Shown: positions 9,354 to 18,380, counted from the stretch's first letter. The stretch is 64,000 bases of DNA from Candidatus Taylorbacteria bacterium RIFCSPHIGHO2_12_FULL_45_16 (GCA_001821055.1 MHRT01000006.1:8572-72571); one strand, 5' to 3'. The notes: a model not told the origin generated them from the letters alone. Numbers and translations: made by a program.

Positions 9354-9471
9354 GGAATAAGCTGGCTTAAGGTATTCCTTGATTAATGAGAAAAGTATAG
9401 CAATATTGCGGAAAAATGCTACTGGGGTGGCGTGACGTTTCCTTTTGTCTAAATTCCTGTAAAATAGCAAG

Positions 9472-10572
9472 ATGGATAGAAAGAAAAAACCAGATAATCA
9501 AATAGCTTTTTACCAGGCACCAGATGGTGCTGTAAACATTGAAGTTCTCTATGCTGAAGAGAATATTTGGCTTACCCAGAAAAGAATGGCAGAACTTTTT
9601 GATTGCTCACCAGACAATATCTCGCTTCATCTGAAAAACATTTATTCTGAAGATGAACTCGAGCAAGACGCAACTACCGAGGAATTCTCGGTAGTTCAAA
9701 AGGAGGGTAATCGCGAGGTAAACAGAAAAAACTTATTCTATAGTCTTGAAGCAATAATTGCCGTGGGTTATCGAGTCAATTCAGAAAGAGGCACTCAATT
9801 TCGTCAATGGGCGACCGGTATTCTTAAGAGCTATATCCATAAAGGTTTTGCACTTGATAACGATCGTTTGAAATATGGTTCTCGTTTTAGCGCACGTTAT
9901 TTCGATGAATTGTACGAAGAAATTCGTGACATTCGTACGAGTGAGCGTAGATTGTATCAAAAAGTCACCGATATTTATGCTACATCCATCGATTATTCGC
10001 CAAAAGCCTTTGAAACGAAGGAATTTTTTGCCACTGTTCAAAATAAACTCCATTTTGCCATTACTGGGAAAACTGCAGCTGAAATTGTTTCAGAACGAGT
10101 CAGCAGTAAAAAAGATTATCTGGGGCTTACCTCATGGCGACGATCACCGAGTGGAAAAATCATGCCGAGTGATGTTGTTATTGCAAAAAATTACCTGAAT
10201 ACAAAAGAGTTAGCTGATCTTAATCGGATCGTAAATATGTACCTTGACTATGCAGAAATGCAAGCGGCTCGTGGCAAGGTTATGTATATGAAGGACTGGA
10301 TTCTCAAGCTCAATACTTTCTTGAAATTTAGTGAGCATGACTTGCTTACAAATCCTGGGAAGGTAAGTCACCAAGTAGCTGAAAATCTAGCACTTGGTGA
10401 ATACGAACAATACAGGAAGGTACAAGATAAAAATTACATTTCAGATTTTGATAATGAAGTAAATAAACTACTAGATGTAAAAAATAAACCAAAGAAAAAG
10501 AAGGCGCAGAAAACTCGCCCCCAGTCGAAATGCGGGCGGCGGGCTTCGATTGAAATAGGAACGAGTCCTTGA
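9472..10572 (+). CDS. RhuM-family protein
   Basis: WLTQKRMAELF, NISLHLKNIY, YSLEAIIAVGYRVNS.RGTQFRQWAT, FFATVQNKLHFAITG, AKNYL. Confidence 0.9.
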   Translation: MDRKKKPDNQIAFYQAPDGAVNIEVLYAEENIWLTQKRMAELFDCSPDNISLHLKNIYSEDELEQDATTEEFSVVQKEGNREVNRKNLFYSLEAIIAVGYRVNSERGTQFRQWATGILKSYIHKGFALDNDRLKYGSRFSARYFDELYEEIRDIRTSERRLYQKVTDIYATSIDYSPKAFETKEFFATVQNKLHFAITGKTAAEIVSERVSSKKDYLGLTSWRRSPSGKIMPSDVVIAKNYLNTKELADLNRIVNMYLDYAEMQAARGKVMYMKDWILKLNTFLKFSEHDLLTNPGKVSHQVAENLALGEYEQYRKVQDKNYISDFDNEVNKLLDVKNKPKKKKAQKTRPQSKCGRRASIEIGTSP

Positions 10573-10650
10573 CTTTTTGAATTAAATCAAATAGTGTTAT
10601 CTCTAACTGGCAAGAAAGAACTAAACAAAAAAGAATCGTCTCAAGATTCA

Positions 10651-10682
10651 ACAAAATCCGCTTTGGAGCGGATTTTTGTTTT
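10651..10682. terminator. Bidirectional intrinsic terminator between rhuM and livM
   Basis: ACAAAATCCGCT-TTGG-AGCGGATTTTTGT. Confidence 0.75.
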
Positions 10683-10697
10683 ATGAGTAAGAAACTC

Positions 10698-11564
10698 CTA
10701 CAACCTATACTCCCCCACCAAACCCTGCGGCCGATAGAGCATCAGAACTATCAAAATAACTCCATAAACAACTTGCCTCATCTGTGCCGCCACATCCGAA
10801 GGAAAACCGACAAAGCGCAGGATCTCCGGCAATAGTATGAGACAAACCGCGCCCAGAACTGCTCCCTTATTATTCGCCAGACCGCCGAGAATGACGATAG
10901 CCAGCAGGAAGATGGATTCATTCAAAGTGAATGTCGATGGATCGATGAAGGTGATATAGCTAGCGAACAATGCGCCGGCCACCGAGGCCATGACCGCGCC
11001 GATGACAAAAATGGCCAGCTTGTACCAGAGCGTGTGATAGCCGAAAACACAGATGGCTTCTTCATCTTCACGGATGGCTTTGAGAACCCGGCCGAACGAC
11101 GAGCGAGTGACATAGACGCAGACGCCGTAAACTAGAAGACCAAGCAAAAAAGCAAGAAGCAAAAAGGAAAGGTTATCGGAAAACGTAAACCCAAATATAG
11201 ACGGTCGTGGAATCCCGGGGATGCCGAGCGGTCCGCGGGTCAAATCCTGCCAATTGAGAAAGACGCTGTAGATGATGACATTGAAACCGAAGGATCCGAG
11301 AGCGTAATAGTCATCCTTGAATTTTGACAGGACAAAACCGATGGCCAAACTCAAGACGGCGGTGATGATCATCCCCAGAATGAGCGCCAGAAAGAAATTC
11401 ATCCCCGTAGTCGTGAGCAATATGGCAGTCACATAAGCACCGATGCCATAGAAAGCGGCCTGGGTGATCGAAAGCAATCCGGCATAACCGACAATGAGGT
11501 TCAATGACAACCCGAGAATGCCGTAGATGCAGATGAGGATGACTAGGTGGATGAGGTATTCCAT
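10698..11564 (-). CDS. livM: Branched-chain amino acid ABC permease LivM
   Basis: LNLIVGYAGLLS, DLTRGPLGIPGIP, GRVLKAIREDE, RPQGL. Confidence 0.92.
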   Translation of the reverse strand: MEYLIHLVILICIYGILGLSLNLIVGYAGLLSITQAAFYGIGAYVTAILLTTTGMNFFLALILGMIITAVLSLAIGFVLSKFKDDYYALGSFGFNVIIYSVFLNWQDLTRGPLGIPGIPRPSIFGFTFSDNLSFLLLAFLLGLLVYGVCVYVTRSSFGRVLKAIREDEEAICVFGYHTLWYKLAIFVIGAVMASVAGALFASYITFIDPSTFTLNESIFLLAIVILGGLANNKGAVLGAVCLILLPEILRFVGFPSDVAAQMRQVVYGVILIVLMLYRPQGLVGEYRL

Positions 11565-11570
11565 GGGAGT

Positions 11571-11615
11571 GAATGAGAGGAATGAAAAGAATAAGAAGAA
11601 TTAAGAATTAGGAAC
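11571..11615. repeat. GAAT-initiated 7-9-mer array (left flank of the four-helix-bundle gene)
   Basis: gaatgagag gaatgaaaa gaataagaa gaattaa gaattag gaac. Confidence 0.8.
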
Positions 11616-11990
11616 AAGTGTCTTTGATTTTCTAATTAAACCAATCAGCAACTGGTGGGCTATCACAATCTGTCGAGCGATTTCGTTGAATAGTTTTCTG
11701 TCGGTATATCCAATATCCTTGCAAACAAGCAATTGATTTTCAAGCTCAATCAAGGATCCTTGAGCCTGATAATAAAACTGGACTTTTTCTTTATAACTTT
11801 TTCTGCCAAATCCTTCCGCAATATTTGATGTTACTGATACGGCCGCGCGCTGCATCTGACTGGTCAATCCAAATAATTCAGACTTTGGAAAATTCTTTGT
11901 CATTTTATAAATAGCAACGACAAATTTGTGGGCTTCCTGCCAAGCCTTTATATCCGTAAATCTCGTAATTTTCTGTGTTGTGTTGTTCAT
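11601..11990 (-). CDS. Four-helix-bundle protein (23S rRNA intervening-sequence protein family)
   Basis: F.D..AWQ.A, FPKSELFGLTSQMQRAAVSVTSNIAEGFGR, AQGSL.E. Confidence 0.92.
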   Translation of the reverse strand: MNNTTQKITRFTDIKAWQEAHKFVVAIYKMTKNFPKSELFGLTSQMQRAAVSVTSNIAEGFGRKSYKEKVQFYYQAQGSLIELENQLLVCKDIGYTDRKLFNEIARQIVIAHQLLIGLIRKSKTLVPNS

Positions 11991-11991
11991 A

Positions 11992-12060
11992 ATTCTTCTG
12001 ATTCACAATTCTTTTCATTCTTTTTTATTCCTCTCATTCTTTTCTTATTCCTCTTATTCA
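11992..12060. repeat. ATTC-based array (right flank), inverted relative to 11571-11615
   Basis: attcttctg attcaca attcttttc attctttttt attcctctc attcttttctt attcctctt attc. Confidence 0.8.
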
Positions 12061-12924
12061 CCTCTTCAAAATCCCCTGTGGCCGCCACAGCAAGAAAATG
12101 ATCAGCACCCCGAACGCTATGGCATCCTTCCATTCTCCGGAGATCTTCCAGATACCGAAGTTCTCGACGAAACCGAGGAAGAATGCCCCGAGGACGCCTC
12201 CGTAGATGTTCCCGATGCCGCCGATGATGGAAGCGATCACGCCTTTCAATAGGAGCGACATGCCCATGGTCGGCTCGATGCCGGTGTCGAAGCCGATCAG
12301 GATGCCGGCCAGACCGGCGATGGCTGAGCCGATGAAGAAGATCCAACCGATAATCTTCGGCGTATTGATCCCAACAATCTTGGAGACTTCTTCGTCATCG
12401 CCCACGGCTTTGACGGCTTTGCCGAAGATGGTGAACTTGAGGATGAGAGCCATGCCTGCCATGATGACCAGGCCGCAGATGAGGATGATGAGCTGAACTT
12501 CGGTGATGACTCCGCCGAGGATATCATAGACCTTTCCCGCTCCGGCGCTCTGGGTCAGGGTCTGGAATTGGCTGGTGAAGAGGATGGCTATGAGCGCCTG
12601 AACCGCCGTGAATGCGCCCAAGGATCCGACCAGGAGCACCATGCCCGAAGATTTGCGGGCGCGCAATGGCGAGTAGACGAATTTGTAGAGCAAAAAGCCG
12701 ATAATGCCGGCGATGAGGATGCCGAGCAGAATGGAAATGTAGAGGTTGAGGCTGAGAGTCTTGTAGAAATAAAAGACGGCATATCCTCCGACGGCCGTCA
12801 GCGCCCCGTAGCCCAGGTCGAAGAATTTGACCGTGCCGTAAATGAGGTTGAACCCCAGCGCGACCATGGTATAGATCGCTCCGGCGATGATGCTGTTGAC
12901 TATCAGTTGAGGGATGATGTCCAT
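12058..12924 (-). CDS. livH: Branched-chain amino acid ABC permease LivH
   Basis: Start MDIIPQLIVN; YTMVALGFNLIYG, GKAVKAV, IIGGIGNIYG, RPQGI. Confidence 0.92.
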   Translation of the reverse strand: MDIIPQLIVNSIIAGAIYTMVALGFNLIYGTVKFFDLGYGALTAVGGYAVFYFYKTLSLNLYISILLGILIAGIIGFLLYKFVYSPLRARKSSGMVLLVGSLGAFTAVQALIAILFTSQFQTLTQSAGAGKVYDILGGVITEVQLIILICGLVIMAGMALILKFTIFGKAVKAVGDDEEVSKIVGINTPKIIGWIFFIGSAIAGLAGILIGFDTGIEPTMGMSLLLKGVIASIIGGIGNIYGGVLGAFFLGFVENFGIWKISGEWKDAIAFGVLIIFLLWRPQGILKR

Positions 12925-12979
12925 GGCTGTGGCTCTATACGCCGGATCCGCACTCAATGTTGCGCTATAAATATATACC

Positions 12980-13004
12980 AAAACCCGCTCTGTGGCGAGC
13001 GGGC
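12980..13004 (-). terminator. Hairpin/terminator between livK and livH
   Basis: Minus strand GCCCGCTC-GCCACA-GAGCGGGTTTT. Confidence 0.6.
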
Positions 13005-13050
13005 TAGTGGAGTTGCGATTGACAAGATAGCTCTACAGCCTTAATAGATT

Positions 13051-14184
13051 CTATTGCACTACTTCAATTTTACCATTCTTGACTATTTTTACTGTATAGT
13101 CGGCTGTCTTAGGATCACCATTGCTGTCAAAACTAATTTCTTTTGAAGAGACACCTCCAGCATAAACAGTCTTATAGAGTTCATCCTTGATCGCCGTTGG
13201 TTCTACGCCAGCATTTTTTAATACTTGAGCTAAAATATGAACTCCATCGTAAGCGGTCGGGGTACATACTGCTATTTCATCCGTACCAACCTTAGTCTTC
13301 ATTGCTGTCTTGAAAATTTCACTTGGGCTTGAAGAAGGAACAGTAAAATATATACCTTCAGCTGCACTACCGGCATCAGTGATGATTTGCTGATCATCCC
13401 ATGCGTCTCCTCCAAACATCGAAACTTTGTATTTCAAGTCTGCAAGCTGCTTTAGAGCAGGAACAGTTTGTCCAGCATATCCTAGGAAATAGATGACATC
13501 TGGATTGGCCACCTTAATCTTAGAAAGCTGCGACCTAAAATCTTTATTCGTCTCCTGAAATCCTTCAGACGCCACAACAGTCCCGCCCAGTTCAACAAAT
13601 TTCTTTGAGAAAGTTTCGTTCAGGCCAATACCCCAATCTGTTTGAATATATAGAATAGCAACTTTTGATTTGTTGAGTTTGTTCTTAATATAATCAGCAG
13701 CGAACACCCCCTGGAAATTATCAGATGGATAATTTCTAAAGATATAGTCCCCCGCATTGGTGATTGCCGCAGCCGAAGAACAGTACGACAATACGACGGT
13801 CTTACTCTGTTCAGCCAAGCCGGTAAAAGCTGAAGTCTCCCCAGAACATGCTCCACCGAACACAACTGGAACTTTGTCTACATTTATGAGTTTTTGCGCA
13901 GCCGCTGCCGCATCTTTACTCGTACACTTTCCATCTTCATAAATAATCTCGAGCGGTCTACCATTTATTCCCCCGTCTGCATTAACTTCACTGAGAGCAA
14001 TCTCTATTGCTGCCTTGGCATTCTGACCAACATTGGCCGCATTACCCGTGAGCGGCCCGATGAACCCAATCTTGATCGGCTCACTCGACGTCGGTGCACC
14101 TCCCTTCTTCGTGGCCGCTGAAATTCCCCAGATGATGAGAATGATGACGATCAAACCGACTATAATTTTTGCTGTTTTGGACAT
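13051..14184 (-). CDS. LivK-like substrate-binding protein (paralogue 5, first gene of the operon)
   Basis: PIKIGFIGPLTG, GGINGRPLEIIYEDGKC, GDYIFR. Confidence 0.9.
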   Translation of the reverse strand: MSKTAKIIVGLIVIILIIWGISAATKKGGAPTSSEPIKIGFIGPLTGNAANVGQNAKAAIEIALSEVNADGGINGRPLEIIYEDGKCTSKDAAAAAQKLINVDKVPVVFGGACSGETSAFTGLAEQSKTVVLSYCSSAAAITNAGDYIFRNYPSDNFQGVFAADYIKNKLNKSKVAILYIQTDWGIGLNETFSKKFVELGGTVVASEGFQETNKDFRSQLSKIKVANPDVIYFLGYAGQTVPALKQLADLKYKVSMFGGDAWDDQQIITDAGSAAEGIYFTVPSSSPSEIFKTAMKTKVGTDEIAVCTPTAYDGVHILAQVLKNAGVEPTAIKDELYKTVYAGGVSSKEISFDSNGDPKTADYTVKIVKNGKIEVVQ

Positions 14185-14264
14185 GATGATAAATAGTTAT
14201 GTGAATAAAATTTAATAAAATGAGCGCTTTGCCCCTAGGCGAGACATTACTACGCATAGAATAA

Positions 14265-14282
14265 CATACCGGATATGGTATG
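14265..14282. promoter_or_regulatory. Inverted repeat CATACC-N6-GGTATG in the putative liv promoter
   Basis: Spans the spacer and overlaps the -35 of a minus-strand TTGCAT-N16-TATTCT promoter-like sequence. Confidence 0.4.
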
Positions 14283-14317
14283 CAAACTCTGTCTTATTTT
14301 CACTTTCTGCGAAATTG

Positions 14318-14388
14318 CTGCGGGAGTTGGAGTCGGACCAACATTAGAAGCTTCAAAGGCTCCTGTCCTACCGTTAGACGATCCCGCA
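14318..14388 (-). tRNA. tRNA-Gln(TTG)
   Basis: Cloverleaf; anticodon arm GGAGC-CTTTGAA-GCTTC; T-loop TCCGACT; no encoded CCA. Confidence 0.92.
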
Positions 14389-14440
14389 ATGATGCTATGT
14401 AGAGTAGCTTAAAAATAAGCTTATTTCAATCTTGGTCCAT

Positions 14441-14698
14441 TTAGCTATACAATTCCGAGTGGGTGCCAATGTTTACAAATATGGTTATAGAAAGCTGTTC
14501 ACGAAATATTGCTCGATAATTACCAGTAACATTTATGCTCCTACATCCCGGGTATTTCCTTTTCACCGAATGATTATTTAATAAAACGTTGTATGGATCT
14601 GTCACAAAGAGAATCGCACGCACCCGAAATTGCTCCTGTATTTTAATTGGGAGTTTGTTGAATTTTTTCTTGAAAGTGTCATGGTATATTATTCGCAC
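14441..14698 (-). CDS. RelE/YafQ-family type II toxin
   Basis: 85 aa; FKKKFNKL, LNNH, RSINVTGNYRAIF, IGTHSELY. Confidence 0.88.
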   Translation of the reverse strand: MRIIYHDTFKKKFNKLPIKIQEQFRVRAILFVTDPYNVLLNNHSVKRKYPGCRSINVTGNYRAIFREQLSITIFVNIGTHSELYS

Positions 14699-14716
14699 GA
14701 CACAATCATATCATGC

Positions 14717-14992
14717 TTATTTTCTCAAATGCGCGATCATTTCATCTACTGTGGAAAAAGTTGGGGACAAGTTCTTGCCGGCCGCAATATCTTTCAAAGC
14801 TTCATCGACTTCCCAACGAGTTTTTAAATTAAAATCAGGAACGAGTTCTATCTTAAATTTATTCTCCACAAATGCCTTGATAGCAAACTTCAAGACAGAC
14901 GAAAAAGGCATACCCTGAGCTTTAGCCTTCTTCATGGCCAAACTCTTGAGCTTACTATCTACATTGAAGATTACTTGGCTGGTAGTACTCAT
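14717..14992 (-). CDS. RelB/DinJ-like antitoxin
   Basis: Ribbon-helix-helix-like N-terminus, C-terminal SPTFSTVDEMIAHL; directly upstream of the toxin. Confidence 0.8.
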   Translation of the reverse strand: MSTTSQVIFNVDSKLKSLAMKKAKAQGMPFSSVLKFAIKAFVENKFKIELVPDFNLKTRWEVDEALKDIAAGKNLSPTFSTVDEMIAHLRK

Positions 14993-15001
14993 GGTATTTC
15001 T

Positions 15002-15049
15002 TTATATAATTAATACATATATCTTATATAATTAAAATATATATGTCAA
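15002..15049 (-). promoter_or_regulatory. Toxin-antitoxin operon promoter with duplicated operator-like 12-mer
   Basis: TTGACA-N17-TAAGAT; TTATATAATTAA at 15002-15013 and 15024-15035. Confidence 0.6.
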
Positions 15050-15068
15050 TATCGAGCTAGATTTGCGT

Positions 15069-16094
15069 TTACTTACAAATCTCGACCACTGCAAGCTCCA
15101 GCGGCAGTGTCTCTATCCGCGCCCTGCCGATGCCATCAGCTGTCGAAAGGAGCACCGAAAGCATTGCTGGGGTGACGGCGGCGGTAGCAGACTTGTCAGC
15201 TTGGACCTCAATGAACGCCCAGTCATCATCAGAAACGCGCTCTTTGACTGATGCCACCGAAGAAGCCGAATGCTGTATAAGTAGAATGAATCGCATCTTC
15301 TCCAAAACAAGGGTCGAAAATGTGCTCATGGAAACGCCTGATTTTTCGGTCTCAGAAATGATATTCAACGCCTGATCCGCATTTTTTGCCATCAAGGCTT
15401 CGATGAATGAGTTGACCAGACCAGCTCGAGGAGCGCCGGTAATGACTTCCACTTCAGCGCGAGTCAGTTTCTTGTCGGCCGAAGACGAGATAACTTTTTC
15501 CAACATTCCCAGAGCATCACGGAATGAACCGTCGCCGAGAAGCGCGATCAGGTCCGAAGCGCCAGCGTCGAGGTCATAACCCTCCTTTTTGGCTATTACA
15601 GCTATGTGCTTGCGGATAACCTCACGGGAAGGTTTGCGGAATGAAAAAGTCTGACAGCGCGAAATGATGGTATCTGGGACTTTATCGATCTCGGTTGTTG
15701 CCAGAATGAAAATCACGTGCTTCGGTGGTTCTTCAAGCGTCTTCAAAAGCGCGTTCCAAGCATCCTTGGAGAGCATGTGGACTTCGTCAATAATGTAGAC
15801 CTTGAAGGGACTAGAAAATGGCATCACTGAGACGTGCTCGCGCAGTTCGCGGATATCATCGATGCCACGGTTGGAAGCGGCATCTATCTCATACACATCC
15901 TCGTCAGCAGTCTTCAAAGCTTTGGCGAGGATTCGGGCGACGCTGGTCTTGCCTGTGCCACGACTTCCGGAAAAGAGATAAGCATGCGACGGCTTGCCGT
16001 TTTCAACGCTATCTTTGAGGGTGTTGACGACAGAGTCCTGACCGATAACCTCGGACCATTTGGCGGGACGATATGTGCGATAGAGGACGGGCAT
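15069..16094 (-). CDS. dnaX: DNA polymerase III subunit gamma/tau (short form)
   Basis: LYRTYRP, HAYLFSGSRGTGKTS, EIDAASNRG, DEVHML, SRC. Confidence 0.95.
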   Translation of the reverse strand: MPVLYRTYRPAKWSEVIGQDSVVNTLKDSVENGKPSHAYLFSGSRGTGKTSVARILAKALKTADEDVYEIDAASNRGIDDIRELREHVSVMPFSSPFKVYIIDEVHMLSKDAWNALLKTLEEPPKHVIFILATTEIDKVPDTIISRCQTFSFRKPSREVIRKHIAVIAKKEGYDLDAGASDLIALLGDGSFRDALGMLEKVISSSADKKLTRAEVEVITGAPRAGLVNSFIEALMAKNADQALNIISETEKSGVSMSTFSTLVLEKMRFILLIQHSASSVASVKERVSDDDWAFIEVQADKSATAAVTPAMLSVLLSTADGIGRARIETLPLELAVVEICK

Positions 16095-16208
16095 GAGTTA
16101 AGTATAAAGGAAAGAATCAAAGAATGGAAATATGAAAAATTTATTAAAAACCGGGAATAAAAAACCGCCGTTTCCCCCAAATCCAAGTGGCAAATCAGTT
16201 ATCCCCAA

Positions 16209-17300
16209 CTACTTTTTTAGATATTCTTTGACGATTTTGTCAACTTGGCTGGCATTCTTGGTCTCCATCAGCTTGACCCGGAGCTCCTTGGCGCCATCCC
16301 AGCCGGAAACATAGACTTTGAAGTGCTTCTTCATCACGGCAAAATTTTTCAAGCGTTTTGCACCGCAAAAAGTCTTCTCAAAAAGTTTGGCATGCTCGAC
16401 CATTATTGTTAAGCGCTCTTCGGGAGTCTTCGGATCGGCATCGCGCCAAAGTCTGGCATTTTGGAAAAGCCACGGAGTCCCGAAAATCCCCCGGCCAATC
16501 ATTACCCCATCACAACCTGATTCTCTCACCTTCGCAACCGCATCAACAACCGATTCCACATCACCATTGCCGATAATCAGAGTCCGTTCCGTCGGATTTA
16601 TGTCAGCCTGAACCTCATCTCGCAATTTGATGATTTTCGGCATCAGTTCCCAATGCGCTGGCACATCGGACATTTCTTTGCGAGTCCGGAGATGGACGGT
16701 CAAGGCAGGTAAATTCGGTTGATGAACTTCAAGTAAAGTTTTCAACCATTCCATGTCGACTTTGTTGTAGCCGATGCGGGTTTTTATGCTCACAGGAATA
16801 ATATTTCTGGTGTTGTCAGTTTTTCCTCCCTTGCTTAGCTCGAAAGGCGCTTTCTTTTTTGTTTTTTCTTCCCACCCCTGTCGCGCCGCCCTCAAGACCT
16901 CCAACGCATTTCCCGGATCTTTCATCGCCGTCGCCCCTCCACCCTGCTTTTCAACCGCCCGATCCGGACAACCCATATTGATATCCAAGCCATCGAAGCC
17001 CAACTCTGCGCACAATTTCGCCGCTTTTTTCATCGCCTCCGGATGCCCGGTAAAAAGTTGGGCGACGATCGGCCGCTCTTTCTCCGAAAACTTCAAGTCA
17101 ACCAATAGCCTATTTTTTCCGACCGAATCTAGTCCATCAGCCGAAACAAATTCTGTCCATATCACATCCGGTTTGCCATATTTGGCGATCATCGAGCGAA
17201 ACGCAAAGTCGGTCACATTGGCCATGGGAGCGAGGACGAAAAATGGCTTCGGAATGGAGCGCCAAAAATCATGCTTTGGGACAATTTTTTGAACTTTCAT
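16209..17300 (-). CDS. tRNA-dihydrouridine synthase
   Basis: LAPMANVTD, DINMGCP, PVSIKTRIG, IIGNGD, GVMIGRG; exact start uncertain. Confidence 0.92.
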   Translation of the reverse strand: MKVQKIVPKHDFWRSIPKPFFVLAPMANVTDFAFRSMIAKYGKPDVIWTEFVSADGLDSVGKNRLLVDLKFSEKERPIVAQLFTGHPEAMKKAAKLCAELGFDGLDINMGCPDRAVEKQGGGATAMKDPGNALEVLRAARQGWEEKTKKKAPFELSKGGKTDNTRNIIPVSIKTRIGYNKVDMEWLKTLLEVHQPNLPALTVHLRTRKEMSDVPAHWELMPKIIKLRDEVQADINPTERTLIIGNGDVESVVDAVAKVRESGCDGVMIGRGIFGTPWLFQNARLWRDADPKTPEERLTIMVEHAKLFEKTFCGAKRLKNFAVMKKHFKVYVSGWDGAKELRVKLMETKNASQVDKIVKEYLKK

Positions 17301-17386
17301 AGAACTGCTACTGTACCACGCAAAATTCAAATTGGCAAAAATTGCAGTTCATAATTTACAATTCCTTTCATTCTCCTTATTCTTCC

Positions 17387-18355
17387 TTATTCCCTCACCT
17401 TTTCCAAAAGCTTTATCACATCAGCATCGCGGTTGCCGCTACCCAAGACCACAATTGCGTACACATTTTTGCTTTTGCCAAGAGTGAATAGAGACGCCCC
17501 CGTACTGTTCGCCTCCGTCGTATATCCATTTTTCCCTCCTATATAATATGACCAACTCAAGAAATGAGTCGGATTGACCCAAGTGTGCGAACGAATAGTT
17601 TTTGATTTTAGCGCCGTCGTCTCAATAATCATCGGGTCGTTTTTCCGTATCCAATCAAGCATAAGCGTGAGATCATTCACCGTTGAGACATTTTGCGACG
17701 ACAATCCAGAGGCGTCGGCAAAATAAGTGCGGTACGCGCCAATCGATTGCGCCCAATCGTTCATAGCTCGAATGAATTGCGGCCGGCCGTAGGCCAAGGC
17801 AAAGGCTTCGGCGGAATCATTTGAAGATACCATCAAAAGAGGATACAGAAGGTCCGACGCTTTGAATGTTTCTCCAACTCGGAATCCTGCCGTGTTACCA
17901 TAAGTCGCCATGACATTTCGTCCGACAATGATGCGTTCATTTGGATCAATCAGTCTACGCGCGACGACAGCTGTGGCCAGTTTGGTCAATGAAGCAATCG
18001 GCATGAGTTGATCAGGATTGTGTTCGACGGTCACATCGTCAAGAGTCAGATTTTTCAATATATATCCTTTGGCAGTTATCCCTTTTCCGGATGCCGCAGG
18101 GAGTGCTTGCGCCGCAGCGTTGATGAGATTCTCTTCTTCGCTTGCGGTATATCGTATCGTCCTTTTACCGCCGGATATGGAAGTGCCGTCAGTCGGCTTG
18201 ATAGCGGAAGCAACCGTGGCTGACAGTGACACGGGTAAAATAGAAACTAGGCGAGGCTTTATATCGCCCCAAACATAGGCTCCGCTATACGCAATACCTA
18301 TGCCAACGGCTATTGCGGATATACCGCCGAAAACCACCACAAAGAATTGCTTCAT
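17387..18355 (-). CDS. D-alanyl-D-alanine carboxypeptidase (peptidase S11)
   Basis: PIASLTK (SxxK), SSN (SxN), GGKNGYT (KTG variant). Confidence 0.85.
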   Translation of the reverse strand: MKQFFVVVFGGISAIAVGIGIAYSGAYVWGDIKPRLVSILPVSLSATVASAIKPTDGTSISGGKRTIRYTASEEENLINAAAQALPAASGKGITAKGYILKNLTLDDVTVEHNPDQLMPIASLTKLATAVVARRLIDPNERIIVGRNVMATYGNTAGFRVGETFKASDLLYPLLMVSSNDSAEAFALAYGRPQFIRAMNDWAQSIGAYRTYFADASGLSSQNVSTVNDLTLMLDWIRKNDPMIIETTALKSKTIRSHTWVNPTHFLSWSYYIGGKNGYTTEANSTGASLFTLGKSKNVYAIVVLGSGNRDADVIKLLEKVRE

Positions 18356-18380
18356 GGATACAGTATACTATATGAGTCTC

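Noticed and set aside
11601-11990. DGR accessory gene (avd) implying a diversity-generating retroelement
   Set aside because: No reverse transcriptase and no TR/VR repeat pair were seen in the window.
11987-12346. 119-aa Arg/His-rich ORF and other ORFs overlapping livH
   Set aside because: These are alternative-frame or antisense shadows of a GC-rich gene.
16-14184. Integron cassette array in the liv locus
   Set aside because: No integrase and no recurring attC-like sites at the junctions.
14330-14337. TCC instead of TTC in the tRNA-Gln T-loop as a sign of pseudogenisation
   Set aside because: The stems are intact, and a single substitution is not enough to call a pseudogene.
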